DNA from: Microcystaceae cyanobacterium
GTDB lineage: Bacteria > Cyanobacteriota > Cyanobacteriia > Cyanobacteriales > Microcystaceae
Direction of reading: 5' to 3'
DNA: 52,232 nt
Assembly: GCA_041746575.1 (NCBI GenBank)
Contig: JBGTGT010000056.1
Location: 1-52,232, forward strand
Shown: positions 41,422-51,708 of the stretch, piece after piece
Layout of the letters: each line of letters begins with the position of its first letter
Numbering within the stretch: the stretch's first letter is position 1
The notes under the pieces: generated by a model
Seen by the model: the letters and a program-made list of their open reading frames with translations, nothing else
Databases searched by the model: none
Told to the model about the DNA's origin: nothing
Made by a program: the position numbers and the translations under genes

Positions 41422-42792
41422 TTATTCTAACCATACCGTCGGCATTTGGCTGGGACGATTAGGCAATTGTGTCATGCCCATTTCGACTAATCGAATCACC
41501 GTTGTTAAAGACTCAATTAAATCCGGATCAAAACGAATTCCGCTTAAACTTTGGCATTTTTCTAAGGCATCCCCCAAATTTAAAGCAGGATAAGATCCCC
41601 TTATCTGAGTTAAGGACTGAAAATAAGCAGATAAACTTAAAATACGAGATTCAAGACTGATTTCTGACCTTTTTAAGCCACTGGGACGACCGCTACCATC
41701 CCAATGTTCTGTATGATGTAAGATGATTTCTCGTATAGGATTGAGTTCAGGCATACTTCCTAATAATTGCGCCCCCAAACTCGCTCGATCGCGCCAAAAA
41801 GCCAAACTGGCTTCATCCATCTGATGACGACGGTGGGTAAATACTTCTTGAGGAGCTTCTGCGAGTCCGATTCGGAATAATAAGCCCGCTAACCGCAAAC
41901 GGCGTAATTTTAGGGTAGGGAGGTCTAAAATTTGCCCTAAAAGTTCAGCTAAAGCGGACACTTGTAAGGAGGCTACCGGATTGTCTTCATCCCGTTCATC
42001 TACCCTTTGTGCCATGCGTAAAAAAGCCTGTAGCTTACTGGCAGCGAGGTTACGATTCAATTTTAGAGCTTGCCCTTCTAATTCTCTCATTTCTCTGCTT
42101 TGACGGTTAATGGTAACCAATTGTTGCTGACTGGTTTGTAAATAGGTCACAATGCGGGAGACAACCCCCGTTAAGTCGACGGAGAGTTGAGTGGGAGCGG
42201 CAGCGATGGCGTTTTGCTGTTGGGTTAGGCGATCGCATAGGGAAGGATTGTAAGTATAACAACGATTAATTAAGATAGAAGCAGCTTGTTCAACCAAAAT
42301 ACGATCAAATGTCCAAAGTCCATAGAATTTGCGTTCTGAATCGCTATGAGGCTTACTGTCGACTAAGTATTCATCTTCAGATAACTCATGACAGAGAACC
42401 ATTGCCGCATAACTCGGGGCGAGAATAATTAAATTCCATTCCTCAACAAGACTATCATTAGGGTCAAGATGGATGAGAGAAACATTTTCGTGCTTGCCCG
42501 TCTGGTGAGTCGTAAAACCACTATCTGGCACTGCCACAATCGCTACATGGGAGGAACACTGGGCAATATCGGCATAACGGTCAGCTTCCTGTAAATACCA
42601 TTTACCTTGCTGAAAAGTGACTAAAACTAAAGGATTCTCAGAGGCAGAGTCTTGACAACTTTGTAAAACATGGTCTTCTAGGGCGTGACACAAAGCAACA
42701 AGGGTATTTTTGAAGTAGACGCCATAACTAGAGGGCAATTGACCGTCTGGAGAGCATTCTTTGAGTTGATTGAGAGTTGACTCTGTTTGCAT
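41422..42792 (-). CDS. DICT sensory domain + degenerate HD-GYP domain protein
   Basis: YFKNTLVALCHALED, FQQGKWYLQEADRY, EWNLIIL, FYGLWTFD (DICT); HD-GYP-like HHTEHWDGSGRP, RFDP. Start at the ATG at 42792. Confidence 0.85.
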   Translation of the reverse strand: MQTESTLNQLKECSPDGQLPSSYGVYFKNTLVALCHALEDHVLQSCQDSASENPLVLVTFQQGKWYLQEADRYADIAQCSSHVAIVAVPDSGFTTHQTGKHENVSLIHLDPNDSLVEEWNLIILAPSYAAMVLCHELSEDEYLVDSKPHSDSERKFYGLWTFDRILVEQAASILINRCYTYNPSLCDRLTQQQNAIAAAPTQLSVDLTGVVSRIVTYLQTSQQQLVTINRQSREMRELEGQALKLNRNLAASKLQAFLRMAQRVDERDEDNPVASLQVSALAELLGQILDLPTLKLRRLRLAGLLFRIGLAEAPQEVFTHRRHQMDEASLAFWRDRASLGAQLLGSMPELNPIREIILHHTEHWDGSGRPSGLKRSEISLESRILSLSAYFQSLTQIRGSYPALNLGDALEKCQSLSGIRFDPDLIESLTTVIRLVEMGMTQLPNRPSQMPTVWLE

Positions 42793-43029
42793 GGATAGAT
42801 AATAAGGATCAATGATAAAGGCTGAAAGTAGGCAGGTGTAAATAAGCTTAAAATGAGAACAAGGCAATAGGCAATAGGAAAGGGTGATGCCATTCTCAGC
42901 AATTCTCTTGATTTTTAATCTATTTTTGCTTACCTATTTCAAAATTATAAGGGATGAATCTAAATCAAGCTACAGAGTATCTTTTCCTAGATTCGATTTT
43001 AAAGGGGGAATCACGAAAGCGTAGGAGGC

Positions 43030-43686
43030 TCAAGATTCAATTTTTTCCGGACAAGAAACTAGAGAAGGACGTAGGGCTAAATATAGCGCAGATCCGATGA
43101 GTGGCAAGCCAGAAATTAACCAAAACCAAAGGGGATTTTTGAGGTACCGGCGACTTAAATCATCTTTGAGTAAGACGGGAAAAAGAAGTCCTAATAAACA
43201 AAAATCAAGACTCATGACATGAATGAATCGGTTGGTTTTCCACTGTTCTACAAAGTTGCTAAAGTCTCCTTGAGCAAAGCCATAAATTAAGAGAATTAGC
43301 GTTACAATCAAAGTAAATCCCCCTAACCAACGGGCATCAAAAAACTGAATTAAACGCGTCTTTTTCCCTTCAAATTGGGGGGCAGGTTGTCGCAAAATTA
43401 AGTAGGGTAAGAGAAAAAATGCCCCTAAGAAAAATGTCCCTATCGCAAATGGCCAAGCCGGAATTTTCTGCATTCTGCCATCTGCATAGAGAAGTCCACT
43501 ATAAATTAATGGCCAAACCCCCATTAAGTTAAATAGAGAAATAACCAAAGGATTGATCCCTTGCCAATTGCCGATTGAGAGATTTTGAATTAAGCGAAAA
43601 GTATCGGGTTGATTGGGAGGAGCAAAAAAGAAAGCATAACCGATAAAACTTAACCAGAGAAAAGTCAAAAGAATTTTTTTGAGCAT
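43030..43686 (-). CDS. Integral membrane protein (DUF2834-like)
   Basis: About 6 TM helices; FNLMGVWP, FIHVMSLDF, P.IG..LYL..RP. Start at the ATG at 43686. Confidence 0.8.
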   Translation of the reverse strand: MLKKILLTFLWLSFIGYAFFFAPPNQPDTFRLIQNLSIGNWQGINPLVISLFNLMGVWPLIYSGLLYADGRMQKIPAWPFAIGTFFLGAFFLLPYLILRQPAPQFEGKKTRLIQFFDARWLGGFTLIVTLILLIYGFAQGDFSNFVEQWKTNRFIHVMSLDFCLLGLLFPVLLKDDLSRRYLKNPLWFWLISGLPLIGSALYLALRPSLVSCPEKIES

Positions 43687-43854
43687 AAACTTAGAAATCC
43701 ATTGGACATTGATTTTGCGCTCTAGGTAATGGGGGGTCAATCTACAACGGACTGACTCACTCATATTATTATAAAGAAAATCTTAAGAAAAAATGAGTTA
43801 AAATGATATAGAGTCGTTTATGCTAGGATTCGTTTGGGTAAAATAACAAACTTT

Positions 43855-44754
43855 ATGGAATGTATTATTAGTCGTCGAGCGCAATTCTCTGCCAGTCATC
43901 GTTATTGGTTGCCAGAATTTGACGAAGTTAAAAACCGCCAACTTTTCGGGGCGTGTAGCTGGTTTCCCGGCCATGGACACAATTATGTCCTATCTATCTC
44001 CCTGATCGGAGAGATTGATCAGTATGGCATGGTCGAAAACCTTTCAACCGTGAAACGAGTCATTCATCAAGAAATCACCAGTCAACTCGATTTTTCTTAT
44101 CTTAATGAGGTGTGGCCAGAATTTCAGCAAACCTTACCGACCACCGAAAACATTGCTAAGGTGATTTGGCAACGCTTAAGTCCCCATTTGCCTCTTGTTA
44201 ACATCCAATTATTTGAACATCCTGACCTTTGGGCAGATTATTACGGAAACGATATGGAAGCAACATTAACGGTTAAGACCCATTTTAGTGCCGCCCACCG
44301 TCTGGCGTTACCCGAACTGAGTTTAGAAGAAAATACAGAGATTTATGGTAAATGCGCCCGTATTCATGGACATGGACACAATTATCACCTCGAAGTTTCC
44401 GTTGCCGGCAAAATAGATCCTCGGACGGGTATGATTGTTGATCTGGTTGCTTTACAAGGGGTGATTAATCAATTCGTGATCGAACCCTTTGATCATACCT
44501 TTCTTAATAAAGACATTCCCCACTTCGGCGAAGTTGTCCCCACTGCCGAAAATATTGCCCTTCATATTGCTCAGTTATTACAGCAACCTATCGCAGAATT
44601 GGGAGCAGAATTGGATAAAGTCAAACTGATTGAAAGTCCTAATAATTCTTGTGAAATTCATTGTCGTCAGCGTTATTTTCTAGGAAGTCAACCTGTTACG
44701 GTCAAAAACCAATCTGTACCTGTGGCGAAGGACAAAGCCTTGATTATTTGCTAA
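43855..44754 (+). CDS. Tandem-domain 6-pyruvoyl-tetrahydropterin synthase/QueD family protein
   Basis: Two T-fold domains: FSASHR..CSWFPGHGHNY..PTTEN and FSAAHR..CARIHGHGHNY..PTAEN. Start at the ATG at 43855. Confidence 0.9.
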   Translation: MECIISRRAQFSASHRYWLPEFDEVKNRQLFGACSWFPGHGHNYVLSISLIGEIDQYGMVENLSTVKRVIHQEITSQLDFSYLNEVWPEFQQTLPTTENIAKVIWQRLSPHLPLVNIQLFEHPDLWADYYGNDMEATLTVKTHFSAAHRLALPELSLEENTEIYGKCARIHGHGHNYHLEVSVAGKIDPRTGMIVDLVALQGVINQFVIEPFDHTFLNKDIPHFGEVVPTAENIALHIAQLLQQPIAELGAELDKVKLIESPNNSCEIHCRQRYFLGSQPVTVKNQSVPVAKDKALIIC

Positions 44755-44837
44755 ATCTGAGGGAGAGAGGTTTCATAAAACTTCTCTAAAATTTATAGAT
44801 TCGTTTAGCTTAACCTAGAATCAATCCATTATTTCCG

Positions 44838-45563
44838 TTGAAGATGATTCTATTTGCCCATTTATTAGATTCTGAGTTGTTGCCTTCCCTTGCCCATTAT
44901 GAACCCACTACTGGGGCAATGGTAACCGGAATGGCAATCGCTTTTGGCTTGGGGGCGATTCACGCCTTTTCCCCCGGCCATGGTAAAACCCTAGTGAGTG
45001 CTTATCTCATCGGTAACCAAGGAACACCCCTACACGCCCTTATTTTGGGTGTAACCACCAGTGTCACCCATACATTAGGAATTTTCGCTTTAGGTGTCGT
45101 TGCGCTCTTTGCCTCGCAATACCTCTTACCCGAACAATTATATCCTATTTTAAGCGTTATCAGTGGATTTGTGGTGATTTTTGTAGGAATTTTTTTGCTG
45201 AAGCGTCGCTTAAGTCCTCATCCTCACCCCCATCACCCTCATGATCATCATCCGATCACCCCATCTTCTCTAATTGCGTTAGGCATTGCCAGTGGATTGG
45301 TTCCTTGTCCTTCCGCCTTAGTAATGTTACTCAGTGCGATCGCCCTTCATCATACCACCTACGGTTTATTATTGACGGGGGGGTTTAGTCTAGGTTTAGC
45401 CTCTGTTTTAGTATTATTAGGCTTATTAGCCATTTATGCAAAAAAATGGTTGGAAGAACTGCCCCACTCTTCGGACTGGCTGCAAAAGCTACCTCTTTTC
45501 AGTGCCATTTTTGTGATTTGTGTCGGTGTCGGCTTAACGGTATTGGCCATCATGCAGATTTAA
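44838..45563 (+). CDS. RcnA-like nickel/cobalt transporter (NiCoT-related)
   Basis: HAFSPGHGKT, His-rich loop HPHPHHPHDHH, GLVPCPSA. Confidence 0.87.
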   Translation: MKMILFAHLLDSELLPSLAHYEPTTGAMVTGMAIAFGLGAIHAFSPGHGKTLVSAYLIGNQGTPLHALILGVTTSVTHTLGIFALGVVALFASQYLLPEQLYPILSVISGFVVIFVGIFLLKRRLSPHPHPHHPHDHHPITPSSLIALGIASGLVPCPSALVMLLSAIALHHTTYGLLLTGGFSLGLASVLVLLGLLAIYAKKWLEELPHSSDWLQKLPLFSAIFVICVGVGLTVLAIMQI

Positions 45564-45651
45564 ACCCAATTTTCTTAGGGTTAAGAGAAAAGATAATCAG
45601 AAAAAAGGTTCATTTTTGAGAGAGGGGGATGGCTTTTCAGCCTGAATATTC

Positions 45652-45677
45652 AAAAAAAAGGGGAAGAGAATTCCCCC
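45652..45677 (-). terminator. Intrinsic terminator of the DM13 gene
   Basis: Minus strand GGGGAA-loop-TTCCCC stem followed by T8. Confidence 0.7.
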
Positions 45678-45716
45678 ATTTAGTATTTAGTATAAGGAGT
45701 GAAGATGGGATTAACG

Positions 45717-46193
45717 TTAGAAACTAGCGTAGGCGAAAGTCACATCAAACTTTTTACACCAGATTCCAACGGATTTATATTGATCAAGATTGACCGTTGC
45801 GGGAATTTCGTAGCGTTGCGCTCCTTTAAAGCTTTTTAACTTGGCTAACACCATATAATCTTTTTTATTGCTTTCCAGTTTCATCGGCACTTCAGTAGAG
45901 CGATAGAGGATCACTTGTACGTCCGGCCCTTCACCTGTAGTGAATTGATTATCAAATTCGAGATAACGCTTTCCATTCTCCATTACCATTCTAGCGTTGC
46001 CCGTTGTAGGATGACCGGGTTCAAGGGTCACAAAACGGATCATTTGGGGCTTTTTCTGCGCTAATAAAACAGAAGAATCAGAGCGATTTAACTCATTGGC
46101 GAGGCTTTCAGACGGCTGAATGAGAGATAAGCCTATAGAAGTGGTCAAAAGAGCAGAAGAAAGCGTAAAGGCGGTTAAGCGATTGAATTTCAT
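45717..46193 (-). CDS. Exported DM13 domain protein
   Basis: Signal peptide; GPDVQVIL, LKSFKGAQRYEIP, SVGIWC.KF.VTF. ATG at 46193 with an AGGAG RBS. Confidence 0.88.
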   Translation of the reverse strand: MKFNRLTAFTLSSALLTTSIGLSLIQPSESLANELNRSDSSVLLAQKKPQMIRFVTLEPGHPTTGNARMVMENGKRYLEFDNQFTTGEGPDVQVILYRSTEVPMKLESNKKDYMVLAKLKSFKGAQRYEIPATVNLDQYKSVGIWCKKFDVTFAYASF

Positions 46194-46378
46194 TGTAATA
46201 ACTCCTAGCACTGAATCGTGTTTTGTATCTTAATGATAAGTATCGTCCCCGAACCTGAAATTCTACTGGGGGGTATCTGAGAATTGCCTAAGAAATCGGT
46301 GAGAAAAAAAGGACAAGAAGAGGGAAGTCAGAAGATTGACGATTTTACCGATTACCGTTCACGGTTTACTGTATAAAG

Positions 46379-46394
46379 GTACGGAAACCTACAC
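46379..46394 (+). promoter_or_regulatory. K-box-like element upstream of dnaK
   Basis: GTACGG-AAAC-CTACAC versus consensus GTTCGG-NNAN-CCNNAC (2 mismatches), about 140 nt before the start. Confidence 0.55.
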
Positions 46395-46535
46395 TATCAA
46401 TCAATCGAGGTTACCCGTCATCATAAGAAGTAAGCAAATAACTGGACTGAATACTGTTATTGATTATGAAAACTCGTACAGTTCAGCACTGACGATTCTT
46501 TTATTAGTAGATAGATTTTGGAGAGACCTGAAATT

Positions 46536-48458
46536 ATGGGAAAAATTGTTGGAATCGACTTAGGAACGACAAACTCTTGCGTAGCAGTCATGGAAGGGGG
46601 CAAACCTACCGTTATCGCCAATGCAGAAGGCGGTAGAACGACTCCCTCTGTGTTCGCCTATGCTAAAAATGGTGATCCTTTGGTGGGGACAATTGCTAAA
46701 CGTCAAGCGGTGATGAACCCTCAGAACACCTTTTACTCAGTTAAACGCTTTATGGGTCGTAAATTCGACGAAGTAACCACCGAAGCGACTGAAGTTTCCT
46801 ATGATATTGTCCGCGATAGCAATGGCAATGTTAAATTAGAATGCCCCAGCCAAGGAAAACAATTCGCTCCAGAAGAAATTTCGGCGCAAGTTTTACGGAA
46901 ATTGGTGGAAGATGCGAGCAAATATTTAGGAGAAACGGTCACCGAAGCGGTTATCACTGTTCCTGCTTATTTTAATGACTCTCAACGTCAAGCCACCAAA
47001 GATGCTGGAAAAATTGCCGGAATTGAAGTCAAACGGATTATTAACGAACCGACGGCCGCTTCTTTGGCTTATGGTTTGGACAAAAAGAGTAATGAAACCA
47101 TCCTCGTTTTTGACTTAGGGGGAGGAACTTTCGACGTATCTATTCTTGAAGTGGGTGATGGCGTATTTGAAGTATTAGCCACCTCTGGGGATACCCACTT
47201 AGGAGGGGATGACTTTGACAAGAAAATTGTTGATTATTTAGCCGAAGCATTCAGAAAAGCCGAAGGAATTGACTTACGCCAAGACAAACAGGCGTTACAA
47301 CGGTTAACAGAAGCGGCCGAAAAAGCGAAAATTGAACTGTCTAGCGTCACCCAAGCGGATATTAACCTCCCCTTCATCACGGCTACTCAAGAAGGGCCAA
47401 AACACCTCGATAATACGCTGACACGGGCGAAATTTGAGGAATTATGCGCCGATCTCATTGATCGTTGTCGTATTCCCGTTGAAAACGCCATGCGGGATGC
47501 CAAACTCAGCAACAGCGACATTGATGAAGTCGTTCTCGTTGGGGGTTCAACCCGTATTCCGGCTATCCAAGAAGTGGTCAAAAAAGTTCTCGGTAAAGAA
47601 CCCAACCAAGGGGTTAACCCCGATGAAGTTGTGGCAGTGGGGGCGGCGATTCAAGGGGGTGTTTTAGCGGGAGAAGTCAAAGATATTCTCTTATTAGATG
47701 TAACACCGCTCTCTTTAGGAGTTGAAACCCTCGGTGGCGTCATGACTAAAATTATTCCTCGTAACACCACCATTCCTACCAAGAAGTCTGAAGTCTTCTC
47801 AACTGCCGTAGATGGTCAAACCAACGTAGAAATTCATGTTCTTCAAGGGGAACGGGAATTTTCTAAAGATAACAAGAGTTTGGGAACGTTCCGACTTGAT
47901 GGCATTCCGCCTGCGCCTCGCGGTGTACCGCAAATTGAAGTGACCTTTGACATCGATGCCAATGGAATTCTCAATGTCACCGCCAAAGACAAAGGAACCG
48001 GCAAAGAGCAGTCCATTAGTATTACAGGGGCTTCCACCTTACCTGATAACGAAGTCGACCGCATGGTTAAAGAAGCGGAAGCGAATGCCTCAGCCGATAA
48101 AGAACGTCGGGAGAAAATTGACCGCAAAAACCAAGCTGATTCCCTCGTTTATCAAGCGGAAAAACAAATCAATGAATTGGGTGACAAGGTTTCTGCGGCT
48201 GATAAAACCAAAGCAGAAGGCTTAATCAAAGACCTCAGAGAAGCAGTGGCAGCTGAAGATGACGAGAAAATCAAAACCGTAATGCCCGAATTGCAACAAG
48301 CCCTTTACAGCATTGGTACAAGTGTGTATCAACAAGCAGGAGGCTCACCGGGAGCGGCTCCGGGGCCAGAAGGGGGTGACAGCAGTGGTAACGCAGGCAA
48401 TGGTTCATCCAGCAGTGGTGACGACGTCATCGATGCTGAATTCTCAGAAACAAAGTAG
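46536..48458 (+). CDS. dnaK: Chaperone DnaK (DnaK2-type)
   Basis: [43 protein letters not shown]-terminal [10 protein letters not shown]. Start at the ATG at 46536. Confidence 0.98.
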   Translation: MGKIVGIDLGTTNSCVAVMEGGKPTVIANAEGGRTTPSVFAYAKNGDPLVGTIAKRQAVMNPQNTFYSVKRFMGRKFDEVTTEATEVSYDIVRDSNGNVKLECPSQGKQFAPEEISAQVLRKLVEDASKYLGETVTEAVITVPAYFNDSQRQATKDAGKIAGIEVKRIINEPTAASLAYGLDKKSNETILVFDLGGGTFDVSILEVGDGVFEVLATSGDTHLGGDDFDKKIVDYLAEAFRKAEGIDLRQDKQALQRLTEAAEKAKIELSSVTQADINLPFITATQEGPKHLDNTLTRAKFEELCADLIDRCRIPVENAMRDAKLSNSDIDEVVLVGGSTRIPAIQEVVKKVLGKEPNQGVNPDEVVAVGAAIQGGVLAGEVKDILLLDVTPLSLGVETLGGVMTKIIPRNTTIPTKKSEVFSTAVDGQTNVEIHVLQGEREFSKDNKSLGTFRLDGIPPAPRGVPQIEVTFDIDANGILNVTAKDKGTGKEQSISITGASTLPDNEVDRMVKEAEANASADKERREKIDRKNQADSLVYQAEKQINELGDKVSAADKTKAEGLIKDLREAVAAEDDEKIKTVMPELQQALYSIGTSVYQQAGGSPGAAPGPEGGDSSGNAGNGSSSSGDDVIDAEFSETK

Positions 48459-48487
48459 TGAGCTAATGCTTAAATTTAAATGATTTT

Positions 48488-48513
48488 AGGGTGGGCAAAT
48501 GTCCACCTTTTTT
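48488..48513 (+). terminator. Intrinsic terminator of dnaK
   Basis: GGTGGGCA-AA-TGTCCACC stem followed by T6. Confidence 0.8.
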
Positions 48514-48622
48514 GATCAGGATTGCTAATGATAAAACCCTCAAGGTATTTCTAAAGTCCTTAAGGGCTATGTTGGTCTAAGAAACGAGATAAGCACTCGG
48601 GTGATGAGACTCCAGAAATAGG

Positions 48623-48889
48623 CTATACCGAGGCTGGTTCTTTGTTGATTGCTTCAAAATAGTCATTCCAAAGCTGTTTTTGGGTCTTCAGCCATAAGTC
48701 ACTGGTTTGTGCTTGGACTTCTAGATAGGAACCGACGAGTTCTTTTTGCAATTCTAACGTTTTTTCAAAGTTGTCCGAAAGACTGAAGGAAATTTTCCCC
48801 GTTGGAAGATTTTCCAGCCACGTTTCAAATAACTTTTGCTGACACTCTAAGATTTGCTTTTGATAGTCTTCGAGCAATTTGGTATCCAT
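48623..48889 (-). CDS. phaP: Cyanobacterial phasin (PHB granule protein)
   Basis: MDTKLLEDYQKQILECQQKLFETWLENLP..FEKTLELQKELV.SYLE.Q..QKQLWNDYF closely follows my recollection of Synechocystis PhaP (Ssl2501). Confidence 0.75.
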   Translation of the reverse strand: MDTKLLEDYQKQILECQQKLFETWLENLPTGKISFSLSDNFEKTLELQKELVGSYLEVQAQTSDLWLKTQKQLWNDYFEAINKEPASV

Positions 48890-49428
48890 AAACACACGAT
48901 TACCGCTAGATGCTCCATCCTAATTTAGGTGGAGAGGAAGGGGGGCGGGAGATAACCACTTCCTATATGACTCTTTCTCCTACAATATTACAAAAATTAT
49001 CGGTCATTGGGTCAAAAATTTTGTGAACTTTTGCTGACTATTATTTTTTTAATTAACTGATTATTATTTTTGAATTTGCGCAAAATGTTAAATCGCTGAC
49101 AGTTTATAGCACTGAAGTTGATTACACTGTGGAGCATATTGATATTGAATCTTGTGTATGTACGTCTTGATATGTACGGTTTTTTCCTTATTTTTTTAAA
49201 CTCAATCTTTTTTCATTCATTATTTTTAAGATGACTTAAAAAATGTTATGCTCTATACTCTTTTAATTTAAACTCGGCTAGTAGACATTTTTCTTCGATT
49301 ATCCCGTTTATCAAGAAAAGACACTACTTGTCTTGAGTTTATAAGGTGGGTAAGATTTATTATTTTAATGTCATTATTCTCAGGCATCTTTCATAATAGA
49401 ATTAAAGTCTCATAACAAATATTGCTTT

Positions 49429-50139
49429 ATGAACACGGCTTCTCTTGTTCACCCTTTGTCTCTCGTTGTCCAAAAACGTTCTCCTTTAAGAATTTTAGCT
49501 ATCGGCGATAGCCTCATCTACGGATTTGGTGACCCTGATGGCGGGGGATGGGTAGAACGATTGCGCCGTCAATGGATGTGCTTGGACGGTTCTGGTCATG
49601 CTTTGTATAATTTAGGGATTCGGGGTAATGGCGTTTTTCAAGTCGCTGAACGCTTAGAAATGGAATTTCGGCAACGGGGAGAACTAAAAAACCGTAATCC
49701 TGACTTAATTATTCTCTCGGTTGGGGTCAATGATTCACCACGGGTAGGTCGGACAGATGGCAAGCTGATTACGGATTTTGACCAATTTAAGCACAAACTG
49801 GCGCAATTACTCGATGAAACCCTTGAACTTTGTCCAGTGCTGTTTGTGGGGATGGTTCCGGTTAATGAGGCTAAAATGCCGTTTTTAGATTGTTTATATT
49901 ATAATCATCGGGATCAATACTGCATCAAAGAAGCCTGTAAAAAAGCGTGTCAGATTCGTGATATTCCCTATCTAGATATTTTTGATCTATGGATAGAACG
50001 AGGGGAAAATTGGATTAATAGCCATTTAACGGCTGATGGGTTACACCCCAATGTAGAAGGGTATAAAGCGTTACTTCATGATATTAGTCAGTGGACACCG
50101 ATGGCGCAATTATCGCAAAATGTTCATTGTCCTGTTTAA
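49429..50139 (+). CDS. GDSL/SGNH hydrolase
   Basis: IGDSL, NLGIRG, GVND, DGLHPN blocks. Confidence 0.92.
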   Translation: MNTASLVHPLSLVVQKRSPLRILAIGDSLIYGFGDPDGGGWVERLRRQWMCLDGSGHALYNLGIRGNGVFQVAERLEMEFRQRGELKNRNPDLIILSVGVNDSPRVGRTDGKLITDFDQFKHKLAQLLDETLELCPVLFVGMVPVNEAKMPFLDCLYYNHRDQYCIKEACKKACQIRDIPYLDIFDLWIERGENWINSHLTADGLHPNVEGYKALLHDISQWTPMAQLSQNVHCPV

Positions 50140-50142
50140 CTT

Positions 50143-51348
50143 TTGTCCATGACTCCAAATTTACCTTTAGTATCTCCTCCTAAATCTTCAATTTCTCCTT
50201 TAAAATGGATACGAAAAAATCTGTTTAGTACTGGGTACAGTGGGGGGTTAACCCTAGTAAGTTTAATTTTTATTTATTGGCTTGGTTCAAGCTTGTTAAC
50301 TTGGACACTAACCCAAGCAAAATGGGAGGTTGTTAGAGCAAATTTGCGTCTATTTTTGGTTGGATTTTATCCTTTAGAATTATTATGGCGACCTTGGTTA
50401 ACTTTCGTTATTCTTGTCAGTATTATAGGATTATCTTGGGGCATTTTAACAAATTCTTTGGTTTTATTGAGTAAAACTGCCTTAATCCTAATTGGAAACC
50501 TTGCTTTTTTCATTGTTTTATTATCCTTTATTATTGGGATTTCATCAAGTTTAATTCTTTTAGGGACAATTCTGCTTCTTTTTTTGTTAGCTTATGCAGG
50601 AAAATTCTTAAAGAATAAAGTTCCCTATTTAAAAATTGGCTTACCCATTCTTTGGTTGATGAGCTTTATAATTGCGTTATGGTTACTATTGGGTTGGGGA
50701 AGCCTAAAGTCGGTTCGCTTAGATGATTTGAGTGGATTAATTTTAACTCTTTTGGTAGCAAGTGTTAGTATTATTTTATCTTTTCCTTTCGGGATTATAC
50801 TGGCTTTAGGAAGACAAAGTTCTCTCCCTGTCATTCGTTGGTTATCTACGGGTTATATTGAACTGATTCGGGGTCTTCCTTTACTGGGTATTCTGTTTAT
50901 GGCACAGGTAATGTTACCTTTTATTTTACCTGAAGGAATTCGTTTGGATCGAGTAGTGAGAGCGATCGCAGGATTTGTAATTTTTGCCTCTGCTTATCTT
51001 GCTGAAAATGTGCGAGGGGGTTTACAAGCGATTCCGAAAGGTCAAACAGAAGCGGCAAAAGCATTAGGATTAAATCCTATTTTGACATTAGTTTTTATTA
51101 TTTTACCGCAAGCATTAAGGGTGGTTATTCCTGCGATTGTAGGGCAATTTATTAGTTTATTTAAAGATACTTCTCTATTGGCGATTGTGGGTTTAGTGGA
51201 TTTATTGGGGATTTCTCAATCCATTTTAGCGAATCAAAAATATATTGGCCGTTATGCTGAAATCTATCTATTTCTGGCGTTTATTTATTGGTGTTTCTGC
51301 ACAACAATGGCTGCTTTAAGTCGCAAACTGGAGAAAAATAAAATATGA
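50143..51348 (+). CDS. Polar amino acid ABC transporter permease (AapM/NatH-like)
   Basis: YIELIRGLPL, AYLAENVRGGLQAIPKGQTEAAKALG (EAA loop), FKDTSL. Confidence 0.92.
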   Translation: MSMTPNLPLVSPPKSSISPLKWIRKNLFSTGYSGGLTLVSLIFIYWLGSSLLTWTLTQAKWEVVRANLRLFLVGFYPLELLWRPWLTFVILVSIIGLSWGILTNSLVLLSKTALILIGNLAFFIVLLSFIIGISSSLILLGTILLLFLLAYAGKFLKNKVPYLKIGLPILWLMSFIIALWLLLGWGSLKSVRLDDLSGLILTLLVASVSIILSFPFGIILALGRQSSLPVIRWLSTGYIELIRGLPLLGILFMAQVMLPFILPEGIRLDRVVRAIAGFVIFASAYLAENVRGGLQAIPKGQTEAAKALGLNPILTLVFIILPQALRVVIPAIVGQFISLFKDTSLLAIVGLVDLLGISQSILANQKYIGRYAEIYLFLAFIYWCFCTTMAALSRKLEKNKI

Positions 51349-51485
51349 GGTTAGGAAAGGTTATACTATTTGACTATTTGCGAAAAAGCATTTTGTAAAT
51401 CTTCGATAGGAATAGCCGTTTTTTCACAATAAGTCACTTTGCTATTTTTCATGGATTATTCTATTGTTTTAAGTTTTTGGTTAAG

Positions 51486-51626
51486 TCAAATTCCAGCAAT
51501 ACGTTTTTCATATTTTTGGTCAATTGCTAAAATAAAATTAGCTAATTCTTGTGTTTTTTGTTCAGTCTCTTGAGCAAGCTTTAATGATCCTGCTAATTCT
51601 TGTTCATTTATAGAATTATGTGTCAT
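51486..51626 (-). CDS. Small hypothetical protein (46 aa), paralog of 51709-51870
   Basis: MTHNSINEQELAGSLKLAQETEQKTQELANFILAIDQKYEKRIAGI*; TTGGAGT RBS. Confidence 0.65.
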   Translation of the reverse strand: MTHNSINEQELAGSLKLAQETEQKTQELANFILAIDQKYEKRIAGI

Positions 51627-51708
51627 GGGTAACTTACTCCAAGTATTGATTTTAACCTCTAATACTCTCTCTTTGAGGAATTAGTATTTTTAAGATAAAT
51701 CGTTTTAG

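Larger units (their letters stand above)
230..50969. repeat. HIP1 octamer GCGATCGC, dispersed
   Basis: About 20 copies seen by eye (e.g. 230, 683, 4615, 7289, 7833, 11590, 13649, 25382, 34864, 45336, 50962), far above chance; a cyanobacterial hallmark. Confidence 0.9.

Noticed and set aside
46336..46563. 75-aa ORF upstream of dnaK
   Set aside because: TTG start, covers the promoter and K-box region and overlaps the dnaK start; no motif.
49157..49178. Direct repeat TATGTACG x2 between phaP and the GDSL gene
   Set aside because: The 14-bp period fits neither LexA nor NtcA spacing; only two copies.
530..50834. Short track ORFs overlapping long genes (e.g. 530-715, 948-1139, 2903-3193, 8026-8214, 9640-10026, 11294-12837 set, 14623-15019, 35800-36849, 40725-41660, 47387-48225, 50625-50834)
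   Set aside because: Antisense or off-frame shadows of well-supported genes, with no motifs.
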